The notes beneath the pieces are model-generated. The model was not told where the DNA came from. It ran no database searches and saw only the letters and a program-made list of their open reading frames with translations. Source: Raillietiella orientalis (lineage: Eukaryota). From it: DNA of 64,000 nt. This document shows, in pieces, positions 1 through 13,601 of the stretch. Location: the NCBI GenBank assembly GCA_036172245.1, contig JAYWIR010000002.1, positions 5,766,001-5,830,000 on the forward strand. Direction: 5' to 3'. The translations under genes were made by a program, and so were the position numbers. Numbering within the stretch: the stretch's first letter is position 1; every line of letters starts with the position of its first letter.

Positions 1-620
1 GCAATTCAAAACCAAACGCATCAGAAACCCCTGGCTTTTGCTCATCGGAGAGGAAAAATCATCACCGTGAGGAATGGCCCTCGTAGTTTCAGATGAAGAG
101 ATCGGTTTGGAGAACCAGAGATCAAATGGACTGTTCTGTTCCAGAAAAGCCTGGCCTGCTGCGCAGCGCTGAACGGGCGTACGGAGGTTGTCCCTTTGGG
201 CTGTTCTGCCAAACTCCACACCCACACTGGGGACCAGAAGAGCATTCACTTCTCTCTTCACAAGAGAGGAACAAGGAGCACTTTGGAGAGCCATTTTTCC
301 GACGAGGCTGAAGGCAGTAGAGAGATCACAAATCGGAGGAATCTTGCGTGATGGCAAGGAAATAAAAGTTGAAAGAAATCGCAGTGGTTTCATTCTTCTT
401 GTCTTCGTCCAATCCTGTGGATACGTCCTGTGGAAACATCGCATGCGGAGCATCCAAGAACCTCCTTTTTTCATTGAGTTGCTGAGGGATGTTGGATTTC
501 GCTGTCTCGAGATTCAGCATTCCTCAGCGACTCAGTGGCTCTTAAGAGAGGTCCCATTAATGCATCAACGGAGAATCGGTGCTTTGTCTCTTAGAGCCAC
601 TCATCCGATATAAAAAAAAA
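1..620 (+). mobile_element. 3' end remnant of an L1/Tx1-like LINE (ORF2 C-terminus plus A-tract)
   Basis: Peptide ...FVQSCGYVLWKHRMRSI... resembles the ORF2 C-terminal xxLWxxR segment; a degenerate Cys/His segment lies upstream; an A-run follows at about 611-620. Confidence 0.45.
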
Positions 621-1149
621 AGGAAGAAGGAGAAAAGGAAAAAAGTAGGGAAGGTCAGAACGCAAGAAGACATCTCTTCCATGTGTGGGACATTCCCTGA
701 GTCGATCTTCGCGTTCCTTTTGTACTCCTTTATCTGGCGTCTAATGACACGAGCAGCAGCTTTGCAGATTGATCTCTGTGAATCCCGCGCCTTTTGCGTT
801 GGCGTACTCGCTGCTGAGGTCGCTCATCTCCTCACCCTTTCTTCGTCCACCAACTGCCTTCAGCACTTTTGTCGCAAGCGCTCGAGAAGTTCCTATGACC
901 TTGAAGCCTTCCTTAGCTTCGAGGGGTGCAGCAGCATGTCTCCCGAATCTCCTCCATCCCGTGTGTGCGGAAGCACTCAAACGAGGGAACTGGGTTCCCC
1001 TTCCAGTCGGCGAAAGGAGGCTTTCGTGACCTGTGCTCCTCCAAGGTCACCCCTGTCGCGGCATCCCAGCTGCCATGGGATGAGCGCTTGAGGTTCGCTG
1101 ACCATTGGGTGAAGAGACTGTCGTCTCTTGAGTGGGGACAGGAAGGAAG

Positions 1150-3000
1150 GCTTCCGCACGGAAAGTAAAGGGAGACAACAGTTGCATCGCAGGAGCAGCT
1201 GCTAGATGGGTGGATCTCTCAGCGAAGCTCCAGGAAGGTCAGGGAATCTTCATAAAGCACCCTGATGCTCTGTTGCGGGTCCCTTCCGACAGAGTGCATT
1301 ACCTTCATTCCGGTGCCAGGAAGCCTTGCAGGCTTGAGGTCGCTGGATCTCCCCTGGGTGGTGCGATGGCAAATCCGAGGGAAGGATGCATGGTTGCTTG
1401 GAGGTCACCGACAGGACAGCCTGTCGAGGCACGGAAGGCGATTCAGGTCAACGTGGAGCAGCGAAGTGGGTGTCACTCCTTTCTGGAGAGTGGGTGCAGC
1501 CCCTTCAGGACTTTGATGGGATGTCTGAACAAGGACGCAGACTTTGGCAGACCAGTTCTTACTTCGTTCCCCAGGAAAAGAAAGACTAGAAAACAACGAA
1601 GGCAACAACAACCATGGAAAAATCCAGTTCTTATTGCTAGGGATCCTTTCAGCCAAGCTACGAGAAGAAACCAGCCAGTACGTAAGCGCCTCCTCCTCGC
1701 CGAAGGACAAGGCCAATCACTGGAACAGGGTGATGGCGCTCAAGTTCCTCTTTGCCGCGTCATTCCTCCCGATTTTTCCAAGGACGACAAAAGAGCTAAC
1801 CGGCATCCAGAAAAACCTGGTCTGGAGCGCAGAAAACCGAAGGCGAATCTGAAGTATGTCGCCCACGGACGAAGGAGGTACCAACATGCGCAACGTCGCC
1901 ACTGCCGTGAAGTACCAAGACCTCGAACATCCTGTCCGCATCGTCAGGATGCGTGGGGACCATTGGCTGTTCATGCTCCATCGCACCTTCGCTGGAACCG
2001 ACGGCCTCATGTCTGCCATGGAGCTCACTGCGGACGACTGGAGGCAAGTGGACCCGACGCGGCCACTAATCGAGCGTCTTCTGTGAAATTGAAAACTGAA
2101 CATTGTGTCAAGGAGCAAGGTGCTCTGGGGAAAGGAATTCTCCAAGGTGATCCTGCTGTTCATCAACGTCCTTTGGGAAACGAGGACTCGGATCCAGAAG
2201 ACCAGAAAAACGACGTTGGAGGAATGCGAGCGACTGTCGAGAAGCGTGGTCATCCACGCATACCTAATCTTCGGTACAAGAATGCATTGGAGGGAAGGAT
2301 GGAAGGATAGCCCACAGGTCGCGCGAGCTTTGGCAACACCAAGGTACACAGTGGTCTAGGGTAAATCCTCTGATGAGTAACATCAATATCTCGGAAGAGG
2401 CCAGACCAACAGAAGTGATGCGAAGGATGAGGTGCAGGCTAGACAATGCCGCCCTCGATCCACAGGCGATTGGGATGGTCCTGTGGAGATCCTCCTTGCT
2501 GCCGGACATTCAGGACATTCTACCACGGAGGCATTCTGGGCAGCACGAGGCTTCAGCACCGAACCGAGAACTCCGGTGGCGACCAGCGTCCCGCGTGCGG
2601 GTCGACGGAGGATGACGTGCACATCTACACCTGCCCAACCCTCGTGTAGGACTGGAGAGTGGTGGGGGGGCAATCGAAATGGAAGACACGCCAAAGGTGG
2701 ACCGTTCGAAGGAGAAGACGGCGTGCTCCGCTATGACCCCACCGTGCGGGTGATGGTCGCCTTCTTCCTGAGGAGCATCCCCATCAGAAGAGCGAAACTG
2801 ACGCTTGGAGACATGTGCAATGCCCGGGACATTCTACGAGGGCTCCTGAAAAGGGAGACAAACATCCGGGCGTGAGAAAGAGTGCCATCTTGGACTCTCC
2901 TGCACTGCCTGAGAATACTCAAGGGCGCGGCCAGGACGGTGCAGTGTCCTGTAACCGCTCGGCCCACAGCGTCCCGAGATCGACCAAGCGGTCACAATAA
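1150..3000 (+). mobile_element. Decayed Tx1/L1-like ORF2 (late RT, thumb, CCHC zinc finger)
   Basis: Across frameshifts and stops: KIQFLLLGI, NRVMALKFLFAASFLP..IQKNLVW, PTDEGGTNMRNV (PxxEGGLG motif), RPACGSTEDDVHIYTCPTL (zinc finger), and the C-terminus IRRAK..ILRGLLKRETNIR shared with the copies at 9.0-10.0 kb. Confidence 0.75.
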
Positions 3001-3699
3001 TGACTGTGTGTTTTGTCTGGTGTGCCTGTAGGGTGCATGATTATTGAGTCAATCCACCCCACCACGAGTTGGACTGAATGAAGAGAATCTCTTCGCTCAA
3101 TCGGCCACGATGGGAAAGATTGGAGGAAGATGATGACTGGTAACAAATTCGCGATCTGGAAATGGGGAAGGGTTTACCCATTCTAGAGATTCCTTTTCCT
3201 GGGACGGACTGCCTTCATTTGTGTTAGCAGTACCGGGATGCACCACGAAGTGCACGTGTCCACGTGACCGTCTTGAAGGACAGAACTCCACATCGACCCT
3301 CGAAAAGAAAGTGCTGCTGCCCACCGCACGCGGCAGCACTGACGATTCACATTTAATAGCGACGCCCGGGGAACCTTCAATTGAGGGCGCGCTGAACCGA
3401 CCAGTCAGCAGGGAATCGACCCCCTATTGATCCTCTCGCAGAGCTTTGATTTTCAGGGCCCCTGATCGACCTGGACGGGACAGGGAAGAGATGACCGATC
3501 ATACCGATATCAAAAAATGCATTTGTTTGGTCAAAATAATAAGACTGCTGCTATTTCGCTACAAAGTGTCCTTTTGCCTTTCTTCATTTGGGTTCCGCTG
3601 GTTCCGGCTTGCTCGCCCATGGGCGTTCTTGCAGTGCTAGTTTAGGTTGGTTGGTTTTGTGTGGCAGTTATGCCATCACGATTAGCGTCCCCTCCAATC

Positions 3700-5300
3700 A
3701 TTGTTCTTGTATGTTTCCGTTTTTCATCTAAATATTGAAATCTTTTATCCTTTTCAGCATTTCCTCCTAATTTTTCAAATTCACATGATAGCTCTTTTCT
3801 TTCTATTGCTCGTTTTTTTGTTCTTTTTCTAGTCTCTTCTATTTTGCCTAATTCCTTAGGGTTGGGTGCATGACAGTTGGTATGCTAGTTCCAGCAATGA
3901 CGATTGCACTTGGAGCTCCCAAAATTTTATCTATTTCAATTTTTCCCTTCTGCCTGCTATTCTTTTAAAATCAAAAGAGCATTTGTTTATTTTCGAAATA
4001 AAAAATGGGAAAATGATTCTTTATTTCCACAGACATTCAAATTTTAATATAATGGTTATTAATATAATGGTTGATGTAAATATTGCGCCTTACGAAGATT
4101 CAAATTCCCTTTTTAATTTAATCTACATAACAACCTAACTTATTTAAGCAATTTAATTTTATTACAAAACATGAGAAAATATTTTCGACGAGCGATGTAC
4201 TAGAAATAAAGTGATTGAATTATTTTCAAGTATAATCGGAAATGTATTATTTTAAATTAATAGTGTATTTTTTACTGTTAGCTGTGACACAGATAGAGTA
4301 GATAAAATATCTATTAAAACAGGAAATGTAACTTACACAAATAAAATGTTTAGCATCTTTCGGCATAGAAAACATAAAAAGACACAAGAATTATATTATA
4401 ATGATTATTGAATATAAAATGAAATCAACCAATCCAAAAATGATAATGACAATTTTAGAACACGATTCAGAGCTTTCATCAAAAACCAGCTGATTACGAA
4501 ATGAATTTATTTCAGACTTGAATTTTTACATAAAAATAGAATTTTTTGTAATATATATTTTCTTGAATTTACAAAATTAAAACATTAAATTATGAAAAAC
4601 ACCCAATTTTTAGAAGAAAGTGCCGAAAAAGAATACCTTAAAATACTAGCAGGAAGAATTGGTAACAATGAAATAGAGATCCATGCTAATTCTTCTAATT
4701 CTACATAAGAAGGAATTGAAAACAAGCAGTTACAAAAATAATCATCTCCAATATAAAATGAATATATTAGCAATGGATTTTGAAATTTTTATTCCTTTTA
4801 TAAATAGAGGGGATTGTAAATATCAATTCATTAAGCTGAGAATATGAAAGGATATGTATAAAATGGGAAGATATAGAAAATTACTTAGATAATAATTTTA
4901 ACATTTTCTTAAAAATCATCATTCATGAAAACATTCAAAATTGAGTTGAAAATAATATTAATTTTATAATGAAGAAAGTATTAGGTTAGTTGCTAATATT
5001 AAAAAAGAAAATGTTGATATATGTAAGAAAGAACCAAAAGATAAAAAGCGATATTCTACTCTTTATGTTAAAAAATCCACAATAGGAAGAATTAAATTTT
5101 TTAGCAAAAGAATTAAATGCTCCACAAGGATATATAATTGAGTTATTATTAGAGGAATTTGAAAAGCAATATTCTCAATTTTAGAAAAGGATGAATTATT
5201 GAAAAGAAAATAAATAAAAATACATCGTAACATATAAGTTATAAATAAAATGTGGTATATAATATAAATACATCACAAAAAGTGGATGGTAATTTATCAA
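3700..5300 (+). other. Very AT-rich island with decayed coding frames, possibly foreign (symbiont, plasmid or organelle) DNA
   Basis: Abrupt compositional shift. Frames 4332-4580 (83 codons) and 4804-4989 (62 codons) contain no internal TAA/TAG, only TGA. Confidence 0.45.
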
Positions 5301-8300
5301 AATGCTGTAATATATTTGTCTCTGTTTAAGAGAAATTTAACAAAAAGTGGAAACACTATAGCTTCAGCAGCCGTGTGTTTCCGTAAACAATTTTACCCTA
5401 TTTTCTCGACTAATTTAGAGCGCTGCCTTTAAATCATTTGTAAGGTATTTATCAAGCATAATGTTTGTGGAAATAATGCAGCAGCAGGTGCTATTTCCAC
5501 CTCATTTCATTAGAGTTATGATAACTCACTGAAATATGAAACAATCATCATAAGTAAATAAACGTAAAAAAAGAAGTGGTAACACTGATACCATTCTCTT
5601 ATACACCTACCAAGGGTCTCACAAACCATTTGTTGGAGTTATGAGATTTAGATGAACCACTCGTTGGTGGTTGTTCTTGGTGGAATTATACCATTTTCTC
5701 GCATCATGTGCGTGGGTAGAATGGGGAAAAAAAAAAAATAAAATATGGTGCCACCCATTTTTTCGCTTAGTGCGAAGAAGATAACAACAACGACAGATAA
5801 AGAAGTGCCAACAGAGCCGTCAAGAAAAAAATATGAGAGGGAAAATCCAAAATGGAAGCACTCGAGAAACAAAGAAAAAGGAACTGATTTCACAGTTTAT
5901 CGAAAGAAAAACAGGAAGAATATAAAAGCGCAGTTGCTACTATCAAAAAAGAGCACAACCTATAAGAAGGAGGTGACATTTAGAAGACAAATACACAAAA
6001 AATGAATCATCATACCATCAACATTGATAACCACCCTTATAAAATGAGAAATCAGTTGGGTAGTGAGAAAATATCCCAAATTTTTATTAACCCCCCAAAA
6101 TTTGTCAAACCCCACCCTGCAAGTGAGGATAAAGTCAAAGAGTATGACAAATTCAGTTGTGTGCCAAACAAAATGTGCTTCTTGGATGAAACTAAGAAAC
6201 ATTATTTATTGGGACTGGATTTGTTCTTCCCCTGCTGAATTTATAATACTAGCGATAATAGTAAACACCGTTAGCAGGATACCAAGTCACTGAAGACACG
6301 GCCATTACACGGCCGCATTACTGAGCGTTGCTTTGCCAAAGAACAAGAAAACAACCCCTTCTGAAGTGCTCGCACGAACTCGCAAAGACATTTCAGAGAA
6401 GGCCAAGAAGAAGAAGAAAAAAAAGAGCAAATTGCACTGCCTTTATCAAAGTGAAATTTGCTGCTGATGCTGCAAAAAATAGGTTCCTTAGGCAAAAACT
6501 TAAAGGTTTGGTATGCGGCCTGGATCTTTCTCACAGTCATCAATTTCTTTCTCGGTTATGATCCCAGAAATAACGAGGCTACATCTTCCGACATCTCTTT
6601 CTTCATCAGCTACATCTTGCACTTCGAGGGCCAACTTACAGCATTTTGCGCCATTTGGTCAAGAGTTAGAGCAGCAATTTGCATGAAAAACTGCTTATTT
6701 CTATCATCATTGCCCTTAGGAAGTTCTGTTGACATGAAGGAAGCATCTCCCATGGGAAATATTCCTTGTCATTAAGTAAACCTAAAATATATGCCATTAG
6801 GATTGAAAAAGTATCAATTTTATTACTGAATGACTTTTCTGTTTTCAACTTCTAAAGCTAATCGAGCAACCAGGTCCATTTGAAGCAATTGAAAAAACAT
6901 TTTCACCTTTCAGGCTAATGGCTTAATTAAGCATATATTTCTGTTTAAGGAGACATTAAATTTCAAGCTAAATATATCCTACATATTAGCTAATAAAGTG
7001 ACAGGTTTACAAGAATTAAATTATTACTATTCCATAATTAACCACTAATTAACTGAGTTTAAAATGAATGTCAAATTTTTTTTAACTAAAGCAACCATTG
7101 TCCTCTTGGCTTCTTTGCTGTACTCCAACTACTGCTAACGTCCGTGTAGCTACAGTGTAGGCCTTTTGTACACTTTGGGTAACGATAGTACTTCCGTTGC
7201 TTGAACTACTAGGCTGCCACCCCCCAGCAATTGTTTTTAGCACCAACTTGCCCGTTGCCTACTGGAGAGGTATCGGCGTCGGTGCTGGTTTTGGTGCAGG
7301 CGCTGGGTGAAAGAGATCCTCCCAGGTGATTACATATGAAATCATGGAAAAGGGAAAGTCCAAACCACCCGAACGAACGGACAAAGAACTCACCCAACTC
7401 CTCCAAGGCTTGCGCGAGTTATAACCGAAGGAACCGAACCTCACTAGGAAATAGCAAGCAAGAGTGCATATGAAAGAAAGGCACGTGGACCGATAAATAA
7501 TCATAGTAGGGGTATGATTTTCATGTCCCCTCTTTCACTGATGTCTCATCACAGGATTTTTTTTTGCCTTTTCTTCCCAACGCAAAAAAAAAAAAAAAAT
7601 ATCAAATTCAATATCGTATCGAAACAACAACAACAACAGCAAAAAAAAAAAAAACATTCGAATATTTCTACGATGAAATTCGACTAAATTAATGTACAAT
7701 TCACACGTAAACATTTGCTAAGGAATAGTAATGAATCTGTCATTTCGCTCAGCTGCGGAAAAATGAAGCTTTTGGCCCCCCGGGCAGCCGTAACCCCGCG
7801 CTCTCAGCATTGCCTTTTCCCGGGCACGGCTTAACGCTCCCTTTTCCCTCATCCTTTCTTTTCGATTTTTTTTTGCTCTTTTCTTGTGGAAGAGGGAAAA
7901 TGAAGAAGCCGAACAAAAGAGAAAAGAAACCGCTGGGGCGCTGCATCCCCTGCGGCAGAGCAGATAAGAACTGTGGACGTGATTAACCGTCGGGAACATT
8001 TGAATTTAGAACGGGTCGCGTCGCTATCGGACAAAAAGAAGGGAAACAACAGAAACTCATTTGGCCATATTCGTCAAGAAGAAATTGGCAACAGCTAATA
8101 ATAAATGAACTCGCAAAAGAACGGGCAACACATTTTGGGGTCGCACACTCAAATTGAGTGTATTCGGATTCATTTTCAAGAGTTGGGTGAGTCAGGATAC
8201 GTTAATCGAATGGCCCGTGGCGCAGGATGACATTACAGAGTGCCAAACCGAAGGGTGGGTTAAAAAATTGAAACCAAAAGAGGGAAAGCGGCAGCCTCAA

Positions 8301-8769
8301 CGCTTGTCCCGACGTAATCATCATCACTAGAAGATTTCTCTATCACCATCGATGGTGACGACACGGAAACCTAGGTCGAAACCGAACGAACCCGCAGGCC
8401 GCCCTCTGGCTTCAAGAAAAAGCCAGCATACCGAATGACTACGCAGCGGCGGGCAAATCTGCTTGGCAACTTCAACCCCCCACCCCCCAGGCAACCGAAT
8501 GGAACAACGAACGAATAAACATGAAGCGGAAGAACAAACGAGCGTGATCATGAAGCAAGCGACAAAGATTGTTTATCTAATAAGGATGTAGAGAAAGGGA
8601 CTATAAATGAAAAGATTGGAGAAACTGAAAAACGCAATGGGTCAAAATAAAAATAAAATTCATAACAACATTTCATATATTTTTCTTTCTGTATTTGATT
8701 TCTTTTTACCTAATTCATTGCATTTTTTAATTTATTTTCTTAAAATTTTAGCAATCTGATAATATTTCT

Positions 8770-8955
8770 CCCCAGTCCCGACAAGTGATGGGGTGAGTCC
8801 TCAACAACGAATGTCCCCATGGCAACAACTCGCACTCGTGCACTCAGGTCACCTCTGTGGATTCCCACAGTTCGCTTTGTGTGCACGTAATGTCTGCAAT
8901 GTCGCCATTGGGGTGGTTTCCTCGGAATAGGGTCACTGGGGGACGGAGGGCGGTG
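8770..8955 (-). mobile_element. LINE ORF1 (gag-like) zinc-knuckle remnant
   Basis: PPQWRHCRHYVHTK followed by a frameshift to ..NCG resembles CX2CX4HX4C with the first Cys changed to Trp. Confidence 0.35.
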
Positions 8956-8959
8956 CACT

Positions 8960-9345
8960 CGTTCGGGTCACTTCCGCGATCTTCTGCAAGATGTAGCGGT
9001 ACGCCCAGGCGGGTTTCCTGCAGCAGTTCCTGATCCCGATATCCCGCTTGATGAGAACTTGTAAGCTGTTCATGGCGGGAGCTGTGGTCCCGTATTCCTC
9101 CTCATCTTCGTCCTTATCACGACGCTCGTGATGAAGAGGATGATTGGTGGTCCGAACTATGGGATTCTATCGCCGAACATTGGCGTTCCCGTCGAACATT
9201 CCCGCTAGGATGTTCACTCTTGGGGTCCTCTGCACGCCAATCAATCGCTTTCAGCATGCTCCAGTCCTGGCGCAGCATCGGGCAGGTGAAGGCGTGGAGC
9301 AATTCTATAATCTTTTCTCTATTGTGCCCAGGTCCGACAAGCGGT
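8960..9345 (-). mobile_element. Tx1/L1-like ORF2 3' fragment
   Basis: IELLHAFTCPMLRQDWSMLKAI (zinc-finger end) and C-terminus LIKRDIGIRNCCRKPAWAYRYILQKIAE. Confidence 0.6.
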
Positions 9346-9489
9346 GGAGTGAATTTATTTAAAACATTGAACAAGCAGCAATCTGTCTTTTTTCTTCCTT
9401 TTCGTCTGTTCACAACTGCGCCGGTTTTACAGTTATTCCTCTCGCTTCACTTTCGCTTCACTTTTCGGTTTTTCCAGTTTCGCGTTAGG

Positions 9490-10050
9490 GAAGAGGGAGG
9501 GGGGGAATTGTTCCAGGCATAAGCCTGGGCGTATTCGTCCATCTTTAGGAGGATGTGGCAGTACGTCCAGGCTGGGGCCCTTCCGCAGTTCCTAATTCCG
9601 ATCTCTTTCTCCTATAGCCCTTTCAGGATCTGCCATGCCGGCACTCTTCGTCCGGATTTATGGATCTTTGCCCTTCTGATCAAAATCGCCGTGATGAAGA
9701 GGGCAAGCGTGGTCAGTACCATCGGGTTGTACAGGGGGAACGATTCCGTTCCCCTGAAACAAGCTCTCCAGAATTTCCCTTTTCTTTCTTCTCTGAAGGC
9801 CGGCCACTGCCCTCACCGCCTGCCAATCAGGTCGGAGCGTGGGGCCGGCGAACACGTGGAGTTGCTTTTCTTCCGCTCCACATGCCTTGCTGGGTCCGTC
9901 CTGGATGCTCCCGGTCCAATGCCGCAATCTGGAACCACTCGGAATCCCTCCGTGATAGAACAACAGGAGGTCGTCCTGAGTGTCCGGCGGAAGGTCGCTC
10001 CTCAAGAGTGCAGCCCCTGCCGCCCGCACGTTTGCGTGCGCAGGTTCGTA
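9490..10050 (-). mobile_element. Tx1/L1-like ORF2 3' fragment, paralogous to 8960-9345
   Basis: KACGAEEKQLHVFAGPTLRPDWQAV and ILIRRAKI..ILKGL*EKEIGIRNCGRAPAWTYCHILLKMDEY. Confidence 0.65.
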
Positions 10051-10633
10051 GCGGCTCGATGCTGCATCCTGATGTTTCTTCAACGTCTCTCCCTTGATGT
10101 TGGCTCTGTTCATCAGTAGCCACGCCTATTGCGGCGGCTGTTTCCAAAGCTCCCGGGTTCGGTGATTGAATTTCCCTCTCTTGTCCATGGTCGAGCGATA
10201 CAGTCGCGCATGGTGGCAATTCCAACTGGTGGAGAACTGTCCTCAGCGTACCATCTTTAATCTTGGCCTCTGGTGTATCCAGTAATCTTTTCTTATTAGG
10301 ATGATATATAATTAGAATTTTTTTTGCTTGAATTTTTTAGTATTAAAACAGGAGGAGAGTATATTGATAAAGTATCTTTAAATTTGGATATAGAAAAACA
10401 AGAAGAATGAAAAAAAGAGCCAAAAAATCCGTGATATGAAAAATTAGCAGTTTCGTTATATTTACTTTAGCTGCATCGCGATTTGCTTAGTATTTTGTGT
10501 ATACAAAAACGAATTCAGATGAAAACTATCCGTCAGTTTTTTCCTAAGTAACACCATCTGTACTGTGTTTATATTTAACAATATTTATAAATATTTGAGA
10601 TTGGGCGGAGAGAAAAAATATTTATTCCACCCT

Positions 10634-10663
10634 TTTACTGTGAAAATTCATTTTCACAGTAAA
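10634..10663. repeat. Perfect 13-bp inverted repeat (hairpin)
   Basis: tttactgtgaaaa-ttca-ttttcacagtaaa. Confidence 0.9.
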
Positions 10664-13601
10664 CCTCCAGGCGTGACCCGGCGGGGAACCTACTTCCTCC
10701 CATGGTGACTACTCACGAAGGCCCATGTCCTACCTCTTCCCGGTTCAACGATTACGAAACCCACCACGTTCATTTCTGCGTTGAATACACATCGCTGTTT
10801 ATTTGGGTCTAAATAGTGCTTGTAAAAAACATGTGAATGACCTTTCAGAGTGTCGTGTTTTGACTTTTGCCATGTTGTGAAATTCCATGTTTCTGTTGTT
10901 ATCTGGAATTCATAGGTCGAAGCACACTTGAATTCCTTTGCCTAAGATATGATCATCAATACCATATAAAATTCCAGGCACAGTTTAAGGGTATTTTGAC
11001 TAATATACCGAACAGACAGTCAGCTTCCTTAGAAAGTACTGATGGAAATCATAGAGAAAATGACAAAACGCGTGGAGCTGAAGAAAGTTTGCGCATAAAT
11101 TTGGGTCACGAGATGGGAATCCCACTGTTGGCTACAGTCAAGATATCTTTCTATCCTGGTTCCCTGTGATATACCTCCCCCCCTCCCCTCTTCCCCTTTT
11201 TTTTTTTTTTTCTTACGCGATGATGAATACGCTCTTTTTCTGGGACACGGACCTCTTCGGCTCGATTCTCTTTGGGACGGAGTTCTACTATGTTTTTATC
11301 TGCCCTTAATTCTTCAGGAAAGTAAGGCTAGAGAGAAATGGAAGCACACGTTCCAAAGAGATGTATGTTCTTGCGAACATGATGACAAATGACCAGTAAC
11401 TGAAGCATGGGAAAAGGTCCAAATGATGTCTGAAGGGCAAACAGCAACGACCAGGAATGCTAAAGGAGGATGAGTGGAAAAGCCATAGCTTTTCCACGTC
11501 AAGAAAATACAGAAGAAGAAAGTACAGAGGTGCTTCTGTAGAAAACGCGGCTTTCTCGGAAAGGGCACTCCAATCAGTTCGAGTCGAAATGATAGGAAGC
11601 CTGCAGAATAGCGACTAATCTGAACGCATGTCTAGCTGGGATTGCAAACCTCAGCAGTTGGATGACCACTGTCTAGCCCTACTGATCACAGCGCACTTCA
11701 TTAGAATGTGTCATTCCCGGCCTAAGAACGGGGCAAGTAGGTGGCGATTGCAAGTCAGCAGCGGAAACATTGCCTCCAAGAAGAAGCCCACAACTCCTTA
11801 GGGTGTGGGAACGGATGAAGAGGGCACAGCGGTCGAAGGGTGCCAGACAAGCCCTCCAAAGTGTGCCTAGGCAGCGACTGCCCCCGACGGTAGGGAGCAC
11901 GACGGAGCATTTAAATAAAGCGGTACTCGGATTCGTGACAACTGTGATTGCGAGTGTGAGAGGAAAGATGAATATCTCTTGATCGAACACGGGAGAATTA
12001 GGGTAATCTTGCAAGCTCAGCGCTCCGACTTGACATTCTTGTTCCTTAGATGGATGAGACTCCAGGGTGGGCCAATTTGTTTCTGCTAAAGATTTGCTGC
12101 CGGCCTCCAGCGAGTTTTACACACTTGTGCGTCCTATGTTCCTTCAAGCAAACTCGCGAGAGGGAAGAGGGAAAAAACCATCCCAGAAATGAAACCTCGT
12201 CGGGTGAAGGAAATCAAAGTCCGAGGAAGCGGAAACTTTTAGACCTGTTTGCAAAAAAGAAAATCTGCTGTGATTGCGCTAGAGCCGACGTTTGCCTCAT
12301 CCAAAATCTGGAAATAATGCGCTCATGGTGTCTAATGAGCGCATTATTTTCGGCGCTTTATGAAAGGATAATCTGCAAAGCTGGTTCGGGAAAAAGTTCC
12401 AGGGAGGAAAAGTCTGATGAAATTTTCCAGTCGAAACGAACTGCCGAACCAAACTTCAAAAAGTGGACCTTTAAACCTGGATGAGTACTTCGAGGTAAGC
12501 CTCTGCCTGCGTGCTGAGTTAAGTATGAGTGAATGCAGATCTTCCATCAGGTGTGCCGAGAAATCAAGAAGCTCCCTGAAAGGGCGCGATGCTGCGGTAC
12601 ATGGCTAGCGACCGATTCACATAACCACTGAACATCGGAAAAGTTATCGAAATGTCCTCTCCATGCCAGAATAGAGAATCACCTTCTAAAAAGAACGAGA
12701 TGAGAATTCCAAGGTGCCTATTCTATTCAATTTGTACGTCTACCTCACCTGTTTCTGTCCCTGAAGTATTTGAAATTTTGGATCCGAGTGAATCCTACAG
12801 CTACAGCTCCATCTTCCCAGGTTTATTTGCGAGAAGAATGCCTTCAGTCCGGGAAAACAGGATGAATTGCCTTCCTCTTCGGCGCTGCATCGAGCCCGAG
12901 CAATTGTGTAAAACTTGAGCGTTATCGGGCAGGAGACGGAAAGCTGTTGTACAGTCCAATGTATAGAAATGATGATCCAGGCTCCCAGGTTGGCTTCATA
13001 TGGATTTCCAAACTTTCTCTAGACTGCTCTTCATTCGTCTCTTTTTATTCATTCTTCCATCATGGGGGAACTACGTAGTGCAAACGAATACGGGATGCAC
13101 TTCATTGGTTCCAGAATTCTGATTTTCATTCGGCCAAGGTAAAATCACGGATGTGGGAAACCATGGATTCTTTCTTGCTACAGTGTCTTTGGAGCCAACA
13201 AAAGACAAGTGTAAGTTGTACGGAGAGGGCAAAAATAGAGAGGAAACTTTATTTCCAGACCGCGTGCATCTTGGGTTCGGTTCAGTGGCGGGAAGCTGTG
13301 TCGCGCTGCCCGGGGTGTTTTTGTGAAATTGGTAGGAGAAGAGGCAGCTGAGGCGGCGATATCTTTGTCAGTTTTTGTTGAATGTTCCCTGCTTTTTGGG
13401 GGGGAAAAAACCTCAGTGGAAAAGCTGGAAGGACGGGATGTGGGCACACTTCAACGTGATCACTGGCTATCGGTTGATACAGACGCTTTTGCAAGCAGCA
13501 GATAGCTGGTAAACACAGTTTGCTAGCTGGATGATGGATACAGAAAAGAACGAAAAACGCTCCTTTGATTTCCAGGTCGGAAACCCACGAAAATTATTAA
13601 G

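Noticed and set aside
1132..2310. 392-aa ORF as a protein-coding gene
   Set aside because: Mostly an off-frame reading of a decayed LINE ORF2; the recognisable motifs lie mainly in another, stop-interrupted frame.
5300..6900. Polinton/Maverick protein-primed DNA polymerase (TIASAAVCFR and GLLNDKEYFP look-alikes)
   Set aside because: The two look-alike motifs are on opposite strands, and no catalytic motifs, integrase or terminal inverted repeats were found.
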